From Trichosphaerium sp. ATCC 40318 (lineage: Eukaryota > Protista > Tubulinea), in the NCBI GenBank assembly GCA_038496445.1, contig JALMLS010000564.1:186001-250000 (forward strand): DNA of 64,000 bases, given 5' to 3'. This document shows positions 11,833-24,799 of this stretch, in pieces. Made by a program: the position numbers and the translations under genes. A model generated the notes under the pieces. The model made no database searches. It was not told the DNA's origin and was given only the letters and a program-made list of their open reading frames with translations. Every line of letters starts with the position of its first letter. Positions within the stretch are counted from its first letter, which is position 1.

Positions 11833-13313
11833 ATGGAAGGACAGTGGCTGTTTGAACCTATTTTCGATGACGTTCTTAACGGCATTAAAGTCGGCGAGAG
11901 CTATGTAAATGATCAATCCAAATTTCAAAAGGTACGTTGGGTAGTGTTAGTAATAAAAAGCGTATTCTCGTACCTTTCCGAGCTTTATCAGCACAAATTC
12001 AAAAAACTATGTTAAAACTTGTTTTCCGTCAAATTGGTAGCGTAAATAATATCACCACAGATAACGATAATATCCAGCGAGACTTTTGGTCGCTTGTTGG
12101 TGTTAGACGGAAAATTACAGTCCACACAAAACGATGAGCATATTTACCACGAAAGCTTAGTTCACCCTATCATGTTATCTCATCCAAACCCAAAGTCTGT
12201 ATTTATTGGTACGACTATACCAGCTCGCACAACACGTATTTAGCTACATACGCGCCTCTAACATCAATGTAGGTGGCGGCGGCGAATGCGCAACGCTTCG
12301 AGAAATTTTGAGACACAAGTCCGTAGAGGAAGTAGTGATGGTACGTTTACGATTTTTGATGCGTTTGTAATTTGTATGCGCTATTTACAAGGCCTCACGT
12401 GGTGTACACAGGTTGACATTGATGAAAAATGTGTAAAAGTTTGTATGGAACATTTAGAGTGCTATCACGAGAACTCCTTCAAAGATAAACGTGCTACGGT
12501 ATGCTATACAGAAAATTGTGAATGTTGTTTTGGTGAAGCTGGATTATCTACTGACAATAGCAACCTAGCTTATTTACGACGATGCGCGAAAATATATTGT
12601 TGAATCTGGTAAAAAGTTTGATGTGATTATCCTTGATCTTGCAGATCCTATTGAAGGTATTCTCGTTTATAAATATGATTTTTAAGGACTCACCATTATA
12701 TAAGGTGGTCCAACACAACAACTTTACACACAGGAATTTTATGAGGAGGTCAAGAAAGCTCTAAATCCAGGTGGATGCATGGTACCATTAAAGAAATTTC
12801 TTTTTTTTGAATTAAGTATTTTTTTTAGGTCACTCAATGTGGCCCAGGTGGTGAATTATCTATGATGCAAGTGTTCATACCAGTAAGACATACTATCGAA
12901 TCTGTATTTCCAAATGCACACTCGTACTCAGCATACATCCCGTCATTTGGTACATTTGTTTACCTACAATTTTTCGAAGTCTAATTATTTTATTCTAGCT
13001 GATGAATGGGCCTTTACTATGGCATTCACAGATGACAGTAAATCTCGTAAGTTATATAAATATTTATAAAAATGAAGAATACGTGGTGTATCTAATATTC
13101 CAACTAGCACTCGAGCTTACAACGTCCCAAGTTGATAAACTGATAAAAGAAAGACTTGTAGATGGCACGGTTCTAAAGTACTACGATGGTGTCACAAATA
13201 CTCGTCTATTTTCACTCCCTAAGGCACATCGCTGTGCCATAGCAAAAACCGATGATAAGTCACTCATTGTCACTAAAAATAATACTGTAAAATTGCCAGG
13301 CGGCAGTACATAA
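11833..13313 (+). CDS. Polyamine aminopropyltransferase, thermospermine-synthase (ACL5)-like
   Basis: LVLDGKLQS, YHESLVHP, VFIGGGGE, DVIILDLADPIEGGPTQQLYT, VTQCGPGG, YIPSFADEW, LKYYDG. Confidence 0.88.
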
Positions 13314-13396
13314 AGAAATTTTTCCGCTTGCGATTCTTGAAAAAGTGACTTAGTCAATTTAAAAGGCTTGAATTTCGTTTTTTACTCGCTATACGC

Positions 13397-15113
13397 ATGA
13401 ACACGCTGAGGTATTTATCTCTACGGGGCCAACGTACCCAAGTACGCTCAAAAACATCAAGACAGCGAGTTCGTGTAGTGAAGTCACTGTACAGTGCGTA
13501 TGATAGCGATGGTTATGACGGTGAATATGATAGCTTTAAACCAAAAAAACCTACAAACTCACCAAGACGCTTCGAACGACGTGGAGGTGGCTTGGAAAGC
13601 TTACTGGAAGCCCATAAACGTTCTTCAAGCAAAGAAGCGGAGGAGGAACACAAAGAGCCGGAAAACCCTCGAAAAGAGATGCCCAAACGTACGTGGTGGC
13701 ATCGGTACATGTATTCCAACGCTACGTTTTAGACAATTCTCTTGGCCATTTTCCAAAACGCGTTGAACGCACGCCAGAAATGATAAAACAAGCCCATGAA
13801 GCATTTAAGACGAATTTAAAGAAAGGGGATGCTAAACCTCTAAAATTATGGTATTTCTTGATGAAGGATTCCAGTTACAACATAGCTTTGCAAGAACTCG
13901 ATAATATAAAGTCACATGCACTACCAACAGAACGGGAATACAGTCAACTTATCACTATTGCGCCAAGTGTTCAACAAATCGAACACATACTGAAGAAAAT
14001 GTCGGTACGCAAAAAAATATCGATATTTTTTTTCAGATAGTCAGAATTCTACTCTCTAAGATAACTTATCTGTAGGATGACAATATTGAGTACTCACCAG
14101 ATACGTGGACAAATGTAATGCGTCGTTGTAGCTTTTTGAGGGCTAGCAAGGAAGGTATGCTAATTATTCAGAAATATGAACAAGATCCTGTTACTCTTTG
14201 GTCAGACTCAGTTATTCGTGCTGTTTCAAAGGGACAAATCGAAAACGCTATGAAAGATTTTTGGTGTACAAAAGCATATTCAGTAGTTCTTACGCCATAC
14301 ACATACTTAAAACTTATCAAAGAATGCGGATCAAGACAGAAATATTTTACTGTTTTGAAGGTTTTTGACTATATGATGGAGTCTAATGCGGATACTTCAT
14401 ATATAGAGTATCAAGTAGCTATTAGAAGTGCTGTAAAGATTAATGCGTGGGATAAAGCAAGTTCTATACTACTCATGGCTCAGACAAATGGAATATCATC
14501 TGAGTTTACATCTGGGTTTTATAATGATTTTATGAATGATATGCTTCGTGTTGAACGTGTAAACTTTGCTATGGTTGTATTAAGGTTGATGATTGAATGT
14601 AATAAGTGGATAACAAGTAAACACATAAGCGTACTTATATCAATACTTCAAAAGAAGAAAAAAAGTGATCTTTTGAAAGAATTGATAGAAATGTCTATGC
14701 TTATGGATACTAAGTTTGATGAGTTTGCTTGTAATAGTATATCTGCTTTTTGTAGAGACAACGAAGATATAGCTTTGGCATTAAAGTTTTGGGAGTTTGC
14801 AATGGATAAAGAAGCTACACTATCTGTATTTTCTACAACAGGTATTATTCTTACGCTTGGAAATGACATTGAAAATGTGTTTAAAGTATTCACCGATTCT
14901 ATGGTAAAAGGAGTTTGTCCTAACCCTGCATTGATACAATCTGCAATGTCCGTTATTGCTGTAGATTTGGATAAAACACTTCAAGTAGTAGAAGTTGCTC
15001 ATGGTTGTTCAGATTTACATCCTGACATTTGGACCGTTTGTTCTGAAGCTCTAGAGAATTTGAACTACCCAAAGGAGAAAATCGATAGAGCAGTTGGGCG
15101 TAAAGATACATAA
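13397..15113 (+). CDS. Pentatricopeptide-repeat-like protein, probably mitochondrion-targeted
   Basis: Arg-rich N-terminus. Repeats of ~35 aa, e.g. TPYTYLKLIKECGSRQKYFTVLKVFDYMMESN and FYNDFMNDMLRVERVNFAMVVLRLMIECN. Two introns join the ORFs. Confidence 0.7.
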
Positions 15114-15439
15114 ACAGAACTTTTAAAAAGCTGACAAGTTTTCGTTTTGTGTTCACAGAACAAGAGTTGTATATCGAAATTCATTCTGTTTCAGTTGACC
15201 GAGTAGTATATTGTAGATCGTTATTTACGAATGACGCGATTACGGTTCGAGTAACAGTAGCTAGGCAAAGTTCTTGTGTTTTTCCACGGAGCCCGAAGAC
15301 CAACTCCGATAGAATGGCGAAATTATGTCACCACGCGTATATCTACGCTTTTGCGCTTAAATACCTATTGGCTAGTACAAAAAAGTGCGACTTCCTTAAT
15401 AAAGCTTAAGCTACTCGTTGAGGTTATCACGACTGTACA

Positions 15440-18400
15440 ATGGCGCTCGTAAAGTACGTCTTTCACCTTTGTAGCTTTTTTAAGAGGTGCAGCGAATATT
15501 AACCGTACTTTTTGTAGGCAGGGTGGTAATAAGTTGTCCTACGCGCTTGCGGACATTTGTAAGACGCGACAAAAGAAGCCATCGCGTACAAGAGTCAGTA
15601 CCAAAATATTTACTACAAAAGAGAATGGTCTCAGCATTACGAGTGATAACCTGGAGCTTCTAGAAAAGGAAGGGCCGCAAGCTGGTAAATTGAAACTGAA
15701 ACTGAGCTTCTTGGAGTTGAAAAGCGTCGCGGCAACCATCAAATCATTCAAAGCGCTTACAGATTTAATATTCGAAGTAAGCGACGAAGATTCAGGCGAA
15801 GCAGTTGCAGAATTGCTAAACATTGCAAACGGTGTAGAAAACCTACTTCATATAAAAATCAGCGACTCTACGTTTGCTGACGTGACAGCTTTAACGACAC
15901 TGGTCAAAGAACACAAAATGTTATCACATCTACACATCAAAAATTGTGTTATACCACCGGCAACGGTAAGTACAATCCTCAAGGGCGTGTCAGAGTCTAC
16001 AATGTTGGCAACGTTCAAATTAATCAACGAAAAACGACAACAAGAACTTGACGCTGAAAGCGCTTCTTTACTGACAGCAATTATCCAAAACGATGGTTTA
16101 GAAGTATTAGGTGAGATTCTTATTGATTTTAATCAAAACGATAAATAACTAACTTTCCAAAAGCTATTCAAGGCTATGGCTTCGAGAAACCGAACCAAGC
16201 TAATGATATGATGGTCGCACTAAGTGATAACAGCCAATTGAAGCGTCTAAAACTTGGTAAGCTAACTTTCTTGTTTTGTAATTCGACTTTTTTCTTATTT
16301 GGGTTGTATTAATCGTTATGGCTAATTCTTGAACCTTAGTCGATTGTGCCTTATCTGGTGCACCTATAAGCAAGCTATGTGATATCATTGCGACAAATGT
16401 ATCTCCATTGATAGCCATTGACATTGGTAAAAATCCGTTGCCTGACGAGGATGTTTCTGCGTTCTTTACTGCTATGGAGACTACTCTTATTTCCTCTCTT
16501 GGATTTTCTCATATTAATATATCTTCAAAAAATCATCAAAATCTTGCTGCGTGTTTATCGAAGAACAAGACAATAAACGTCTTGGATTTAGGTACTTGAT
16601 TTTTGAAACCAACACAACGATTTCTTTCTCTACTAATACTGTTTTTAAAGGTTATTGTGGTCTTGAACCTCAGGGTGTAGCTATTGTATGCTCTGCTATC
16701 AAAGCTACCAATCAAGTACAAACTTTAAGTTTAGCTTCTAATGGCATAACAAGTGTCAAGGTAACAACCACTTCTTTGAAGGCTCAACCGAATATTCAAC
16801 TTATTTCTTTACCTAGAATGTTTTAGCAATGGTGTCACATTGTAATGCCCTGACATCTTTGAACCTAGGACATAACCCTACAACTGAAAAAGTACGACTT
16901 TACCAAACCACATTCATCTTGTTTAACTACTTCTTCTTTCTTCTCATAATTCTTTTAGACTATTATTCTTCTTGCTGCCACAATGGAAAAAAATGATACT
17001 ATACGCATCCTCAAGCTTGATGGCTGTAAAGGTGTCACACCAAAATCTAGTGCTGTACGGGGTTTTTACGCTTAGTTTGTGTCCTACGACAGTTTTTTTT
17101 CTACAGCGTTTTTGATATCTGTTATTAACGCATCTGTAGGCGATTGGAAAGATGCTTAAACGAAATAGCACAATGACAGCAATTAGTATGGAATATTTAA
17201 ATATCGAAGACGCTGGAGCAATGGCTATTGGTGATGCTTTCTTGGAGAATATCAGTATAAAAGAATTGCGCCTAAATTATTGTAAATTTGGCAAAACAGG
17301 TTTGTTTCAAGAATCACATGACACCAAAGACTAATCAGTTTTATAGGCATGCTTCACCTTATTAACGGATTATTGGCTTCGCCAGCACTTAAAAGAATAC
17401 ACCTTGAAGGATGGGCTGCACTTAACAGTGACGAGAAGCTCGCAAAAATATTAGCTGGTAAGAACAAAAACAAATTGATTTTTATGGTATGTGTACTGAT
17501 GATTGTACTGTAGATGGGACAGCTTTAAGTATAAGAGCAATATCAAAGCAATCACCTAAAAATGATGACTATAATCACATTGTACACCATGTTACTGAGT
17601 TTTACAAGATGGGTGAGTACTTGACCTTAAAATTTCTTTTTTCTGCCAACTTTTTTTTCTGTTTGATTTTTTTGTTCTTACTGGCGTTTTTAGATCCTCG
17701 TTGGAAGTTTCTTGTAGATGATGACAAAAAGGTAATTTAGGATACTCCCTTAGGGATTTTTGGATGAATCCTGATTCTTGTTGTTAGCGGTATAACATGA
17801 TTCGTCAACATATTGCAAAGCCAGCAGTTCGCTTTGTTATAACACGTGGTGTATTATATGAAACTTACTTCCATGTTGATGGTGTAGGCACATTACCAGG
17901 TACATTAGAGAACATACAACTCCTTAGCACATCTACAGTGTACCTTATTGTTGTCTTTAGGATTGAAGGGCTGTGCTTGTTGGATTCCACCAGGCAAAAA
18001 GCTTGAAGTGCCAATACGTACTAATCTATAAAGCTGGACAACTTTATTCTAACATTAGCTTGTTTAGTACAAATGATTGTTTCATCTAGTAAAGCACTTG
18101 TATCTTATGGCGTTAGTATGGCTAAGAGAGCTAAACTCTTTTATGGCAAAGTACGGCTATATATATTTCTTCTCCTTGCTTTTAAGACTCTAATCGCCTT
18201 ATAGCTTGATAAATGGTTTGATGCTACTTGCCCTACAGCAGCTTGGGTTCTATTATATGCTTGTGCGCATGAGAAATTCACTGAGTAAGTCACACAATCA
18301 CGCAAGTAAATGAAGTTTTGTTTTACGTTTTTTTTATAGAGAACGTGCACTGTGGGACTCAGTGATGCGTGATGGCATTAAGAATGCCGATGAAGAAAAG

Positions 18401-19131
18401 AAAATGGCTTGGACGTTTGTCAGTAATAAAATGTCTATACCTTACTTCAAAATGTACGGTTTCCAGGATTCTCCTGCGCAGGACTTGGGTATTGGTATGC
18501 AACGGAGAATAACATATTCCATTTAATTAACTGTTATTTCTATTCACTAGACGGCGCTCCACCTGTATGGGGTCTACTGCGCACACCAGTGGTTGAGGTA
18601 GGGAGTTATGACTCAAGCTCCAGTGAAGGCCGAGTAAATTCCTCTTCTGAGGAAGATGATACATGGAGAGACGGATTATCGCTCTCTATTAACTTATCAA
18701 AAGCACGTAAAAAGAATAGAAAATCTAAAGTGCTTCTCGCTTCTCGTCGATCAGAAACGTCCTTAAAACCTGAAAAGTCACCTAAGAAGCGTGCTAGCGG
18801 TTTCTTAGCTCGTGTTAGAGCATCATCTGCTTCTAGCCGTTCCTCTAAGAGCGCAGGACAAGGGAAGAGTACAGGAAGTACAGAGAGCTCAGGAGATGAT
18901 TCTAAGGAATCAGATGAAGAAGCAGAGCTATTAGAGATAGAAAGACGTAAAAAAGAAGCAAGAAAAAAGGGATTAGCACTTAAGAGGTCTTCAAATTCCG
19001 ACGTTAAGTCGCCTAAAAAGTCAGGAAAAAAGAAATTAAAGAAATCAAAGGCATCAACTAGCAGTAATGCTAGTTCTAGAGAAGTGTCTACAGAGGAATC
19101 TGTAGAAGATGCTAAGGCAGGGGAAAAATAA
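15440..19131 (+). CDS. RI-like leucine-rich-repeat protein fused to a GNAT-like acetyltransferase domain and a Ser/Lys-rich tail
   Basis: 28-aa LRRs (NKTINVLDLGYCGL, NSTMTAISMEYLNIEDAGAMAIGDAFLENISIKELRLNYC). C-terminal exons read GCACWIPPG...DGIKNADEEKKMAWTFVSNKMSIPYFKMYGF...DGAPPVWGLLRTP. Confidence 0.75.
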
Positions 19132-19585
19132 ACGAAGAAAAGCTTTTTTTGTGTACATAACTTCAAAAAAATAAAAACGTTCCTACTCTTCTTATTGCGT
19201 CCAAAAGATTTGGTCTTTTTGTATTGATAGTATACTCATTCGTCTAAACCAATATAGCTTGAACCTAACATGGAAAAAGTTTTCAACTTCATTGTAGCTT
19301 ATCGTAATGTTGCGCCATCTTGAGCCGTAATAAAGCCTTCTGGTATCTGTAGTAGATAACGTGAAGACGATAGTGCTGGGTTAAAACTATTTCCCATCGT
19401 GGCTTAATAGAAATAAAATAAAATAGCATCAAAGCACTCGCAACACAAGGTAAGTCACTAGTCGGTTATGTCACATGCTCTTTGTAATTCTGTCAGTTTT
19501 TATATTTGTAGTTTTTCTGTTGTAGATGAGATATTATCGCGTACATTACGCTAAAGCTTTACTAAGACTTATCTAGAGTAATACA

Positions 19586-20387
19586 ATGGGAAAGCAGACA
19601 GGAGTAAGACTTTTCGTTATTCTGCTAGGTGCAGCGCTATGTGTACGTTATTTTACCGCATACCTTCGCTCTCTCGTCCAAAATAGAATGTACCTAATGA
19701 AGAAGTCTTTTTTTTATCACGTGAATCACAAAGTTGGTTCTGCGCCTGTTGTTATTTCTGTTTGTTAGAACGTTTTTATCTAATACTATTTCTAGGGATT
19801 GGGTGTTGTTATTATGGGTCTCGCTTCAAAGCAGAGAGATGGTGCTGAAGTTTGCTGGACGGTTGGAGGCGCCAAACTCTGTGGCGAGGTAAAATCGACA
19901 AAGGCTCAGGCTGGAATTTCTTTACTTGGCTCCATTTTATGTACTTGGTTTTTTTTACAACCTAGCTTTTATCAGCTGTATTAATTATCGCCTAGGTATT
20001 GCTCTTGGCGTATTCACACTGTTAGTGGGTATCTTTAAAATGTTTAAAGGATCTATTATTGCCACAGTACGGAGAAACACCCATTTAAAGAAATAATTTC
20101 TTTCTTTCCTTTTTTTTTTTCAGCAAGGATTTCTTGTTACCTACAACTTTCTTACATTGTTTGAGTAACTTTATATGTAGTGGATTGTCTTCGCCTTCGT
20201 TTCTATGTTCTTTATTTTTGGAGCAGCTGGCGTACAAATGTATAGGTTCGCTTTAACTGATGAGTACAATGGATCAACTGATTGGTTACGTTTTGGATCT
20301 CCTGCAGAAGCAAAAGCAGAATTTGCTGCTTATGTTGTTGTACTTATTGTATCATCTCTCTCAGGCGCATTAATGATCATTGCTTAA
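19586..20387 (+). CDS. Small four-transmembrane protein (claudin/amastin-like topology), function unknown
   Basis: Four hydrophobic segments across 4 exons; first loop has a Cys pair (EVCW...KLCG). Confidence 0.6.
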
Positions 20388-20791
20388 AAAAACCAAAAAA
20401 AAGTGATAAAAATAAACTTCAGATAGAATAAAACAAAATTAACCAAGAGTTGATTAATCCAAATTTTTTTTTCGCTCGCTTTGTTCATTACTGTACAGTG
20501 TTTTAGCAAGTACAAAAAAAGTTATTTACCCGATAGCACATAATAGAAGGTATGGAAATGGTATAGGTCGTGAGTAATTACGAACTAAAAAATGTGATTG
20601 ATAAAGTAACCTCTATCGCCTAAGGAAATCATCCAAAATCAAAAACTTCTTCTGTTTTAACCATACTGTTTTTATAATCGTACCGAAGAAAATAAATGAC
20701 GTAAAACACGTTCGATAGGCTAGTACTGTGCAAGCATAAAATACAATAAACTACAAATCAATTTACTTCACCCACATGTATTCTTTAATTA

Positions 20792-22564
20792 TCAAGAAGT
20801 GGAACCACTCATTTGAAACTTATTGTAAATCAATGTTGATCCATATTTTCTGATATCATCTAAGTTACCACAACCAGCAGTGATCATTGCATTATGAAAT
20901 TCATCCCTTAGTATAGACATCACGGAGTGTGTTCCACGTTCACCATCAACAGAAAGACCCCAAACCATTGGTCTTCCTACAAGTACAGCTGAAGCACCTA
21001 AACATTTCTTAGAAAAAGCACTACCAAAGAACCTCTTTTTTCTCACCTAGAGCCAGCGCTTTGAATACATCTGTACCCCGTCTAATACCACTATCCATAA
21101 TTATTGTCATATTACTACCTTTTACGGCATCCACGATCATTGGAAGAGCTGAGGTAGATGTTAAAAAAACAGTAGTCCACGGTAAAAAAGTAGATAGACA
21201 AAAGGTGTTATTGTATTTACCAGCAATAGTTGGCAAGGTCGAATCCAAGTTTATTCTTCCTCCATGATTCGAAACAATAAGGCCGTCAAGTCCATAAGAG
21301 GCTGCTTTTGCAGCAACTGCAGCTGATACAACTCCTTTCAGAAGAATTTTCATAGACGTCAAAGAACGGAAGTAGCTTATTACAGTTAGTCAAAATTACA
21401 GCTCTGACAACCATTTTTTCAAAAGACTTTGTACCTTATCCTTTCCCAGTTGTATACTCTGTCATGACCTTGAGGGTAAATAACATTCACACCTAAGACG
21501 GAAAATAAGCAATACGATTTGGCACAAAAGTCAATAAAGATACCTAGAGGCAAATCTAGTGTCCAAACAGATGATCCAACAGCTTCTCCTGGCCTATCAA
21601 CGGTCCAAACCAAAGCATCGTAACCTTGCGCTTCAGCAAACTAAGGTAATACCATAAACATAAAGATACCTAAAGGGAACAAATGACAACACCACAAAAG
21701 TAAACCATGGTGACCAGAAAAAACAAATATAAAAGCCATCGCTTACCTTAATTACTTCTTCCATCCTCGTCTTGTTTTTTTGTAAGTATACGTTTAACCA
21801 TAATCCACCAGGAGAATTAACACCTTCATCATGCTCAGCTTTATTATAAGCATCAGCAATAACATCCAAAGGCGTAGTAGTAAAATACGATACAACCATA
21901 GGAACACCAAGTCTTTTAGCAGCTCTTGCAACCTCAACTTCTCCATCTGTACTAAAGCCCTTGAGCCTACCAATAGGTGCATAAAATATAGGGAACGACG
22001 ATTCTTTGCCTACACAGTATTCTTAGATCTTCTCGAGCTTGGTGTCGATTCACACATTTATATAAAATAAACGTGAATACGTACCAAAGATGTTTACTTT
22101 GTACTCTGGTTTGCTTATATTTGTCATTGTACGAGGTATCAAGAAGAGTCTATCAAATGCTTCCGAATTTTGCTTGTATGTCACGTGATCACCTATTTTG
22201 CCCTCCAAATAGTCCCAAGCTGGCAGTGACATTGAGCCTAAACGATAAGAAGTGGGTTTTGAGCTTTGTATTCTCGATTAAGAACAAGGCAATACAGATA
22301 AACGTGTTTACCTTGAGCAGCAACCTTATAGTCATTTACGTCATACAAAGGGACGTAAGGTTCTACAGTTTTAGTGTGGGTTGTTAATACAACAGCCAGA
22401 ACAACAATGATTATAATAGATATAGCTACTACAGCACCTACCTATTTTATAACAGTTAATTGATTGGCGCGTGTCGTCTTACTAACCGAAAGAAATAAGC
22501 GTATTTTCCGTTTGGTTTGAGCAGGCAATAGAGTCTCTGACTCGTTGTCAAGTTCTGTTAACAT
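20792..22564 (-). CDS. FMN-dependent alpha-hydroxy-acid oxidase/dehydrogenase with N-terminal signal anchor
   Basis: AWDYLEG, FYAPIG, WLNVY, WTVD, ILLKG, IVSNHGGR, MDSGIRRGTDVFKALALGA, VGRPMVWGL. Exons 1-2 add MLTELDNESETLLP...VGAVVAISIIIIVVLAVVLTT. Confidence 0.9.
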
Positions 22565-22852
22565 TTATAGGTAAGAGTGAGCTCCAGTTTTGTAAGCAAA
22601 GGACCGTATTTATGACAAAAAGTCACGTGACGTACATCAAAAAAACACTGAGTTCCAAAATGGAACAACCTCAAAAAAAAAAAGAGAAAAGGTGTACAAG
22701 TCGTTGTGATTGAGTTTGCCTTTTTTCTTTTTATTGTTACTATAAACAAAAGGCTAACTTACAAGGGCGGGTTTACAATTGCGAAAAAAAATCGCTTGGG
22801 CTTCTGATATATCCTGGTATTTTTTAATAGTATTTTACATTGTCAGATTTAA

Positions 22853-24204
22853 TTATTGACTGACCTTTCTTATGGTCTTGAGCACCTACAAATAGAAACA
22901 TAAATATTACTTCCACACAATAAACAAGATTTAAATACACATTTTAACAGAGGCACTTGGTAACACGAAGACCAAGTGACCAAAAAACAAAAATTCCAAA
23001 AAAAAAAGAAATTTCAGAAAAAAAATGGAGTTTAACGCACCTGTCGGCTTGATTTATGAATTTTGAATCCATACACGCGAGGCGCATATGAATATTTTGG
23101 AGGAGGTGGAATCAACTCTGGGTAAACCTGCAACATGAGGTGAGGGAAAGATGTCCCGAAATAAGCGCCATCAATTTCTTTAGTAGTCAAGGTATAACAA
23201 AAAGAAGTATCATTCACGCAACCTAGCTTATGCAGCAAGGCAACGCAAGGGAGAAGAATTGAAATTAAAAAAAAATTGAAGAGGATACGACAATGTTTGG
23301 AATACTTTGGGTGAAAGATATCTTCACAGCGTGGACAGTAAAGCTTTAATGTAGAGTTCCTTGGTAGATCAGACTGACCTAGAATTGGATTATTACAAGC
23401 TGAAAAACACAAAAAAGAAAAAAAAAGAAAACTTGTTCCAAAAAATGACTTGTGCATTAAAAGCCTGCTGTAGCCTTAACGTACCCACAGGGAGGACTGG
23501 TTGACCCTCACAAAACACTCTTGGGCATCTAGAGAATAAATTAGATTGAGGGCTACAGAGAGGTAGAAATGTTGGAAGAACAAAACCGAGTCGGTATTCG
23601 AAGATCTCACCTTCCAAAATCAACATTGTTGAACTTTTCTACCATCTGCTCAAGGCCACGTTGTGTGAGCGTATACCTTTGATGAATAAGACCGTATAGC
23701 ATCTCCGCGGAAGATTCAACCATCTCTGCCTGAAATATTGTTAGATACGCTTAAAATGATGCAAAAGAACTGAAAAATGCGCACTTGTTCTTCTGTAAGA
23801 TCCATTTCGGAATCGCGGTCGAGAATCAAGTCAAGTGCGTAGTCGTAATTTGGAACCATCTGAGAGAGGCCATAGAGATTAAAATCATCCTGTTTGAAGC
23901 GAGGTAAGTAAAATGTAGTGAAACGGACAAAATGCTTGGTTCTTTTTTTCTTTTTTGGCTTTGTTTCGCAATTAAATGAATGCACGACGTTCTGTTTGCT
24001 ACAAAAACGAACTAGTTGCAACATTTTTAAAATAAATGTGTTTTTTGGTTTGGAGTAGTGTAGTAAGGTACGTACTTGTATCCACCTATCGTCCACCTCT
24101 ACATAGAACTCGTTGCCCCTCAAACTGCAAAACCATGAAATCCAGCTCGTTTCTTCACTGGAGCTAACCTCTTCGTCGTCTTCTGATATATCTGGTGAAG
24201 ACAT
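22853..24204 (-). CDS. CSNK2B: Casein kinase II regulatory beta subunit
   Basis: [80 protein letters not shown]. Last exon is tentative. Confidence 0.96.
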
Positions 24205-24799
24205 GCTATACTCAGGGCCTGCGGCGATAGTCAATCAAACATTGTAAAAATGGTCGAAATAGTAACACAAACGGCTCTTTTATGTTTCCAGGACACTATA
24301 CGTGACCTTACTAAAATATAAAGTAATTTTATGCGCTACAGGGTTATTACGCAAGATCAGTGCGTATGGTACCGTACATGATCAAAAAGCGTAATAAACA
24401 CCAGCAAAAAGTATCAAATGCTGTGCACGAACGGTATAGTTATCGCAGGCGAGTTAAACGTACCACGTAATAGCTAAGGTTGTACAAGTAATGACTATGT
24501 AGCAAGATTTTGGCTGTAAAAAACTCATTTGACCCTAACGAACCGATGCACTAACAAAACAAGCCACCCTTCCTTTGTTCGGACACTTATAAAACACCGA
24601 GAACAAGCAATATAACTCACGTGTTATTTTTTTGTACACAACCTGTTTTCTGCTTCTTCCAAGCTAAGCGTTACCGCACTCGTCTCTTCTTCCTCTTTTC
24701 AGTGGTTCATTGTTTTCCACGCCGACTGCGCGCCAATACGCGCTTACTCATGAGCCTGCGTTGTAGTATTTCATTGATTTCTCAGCTTTTGTACGCAAG

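Noticed and set aside
18606-19166. Long antisense ORFs (also 2054-2317, 7854-8138, 27700-27996, 39396-39662)
   Set aside because: Shadows of low-complexity or codon-biased sense genes.
23891-24076. Stop-free in-frame 62-codon insertion in CK2 beta
   Set aside because: Has GTACGT...CAG borders and removal restores the conserved IQDDFNL; an ordinary intron, not an intein.
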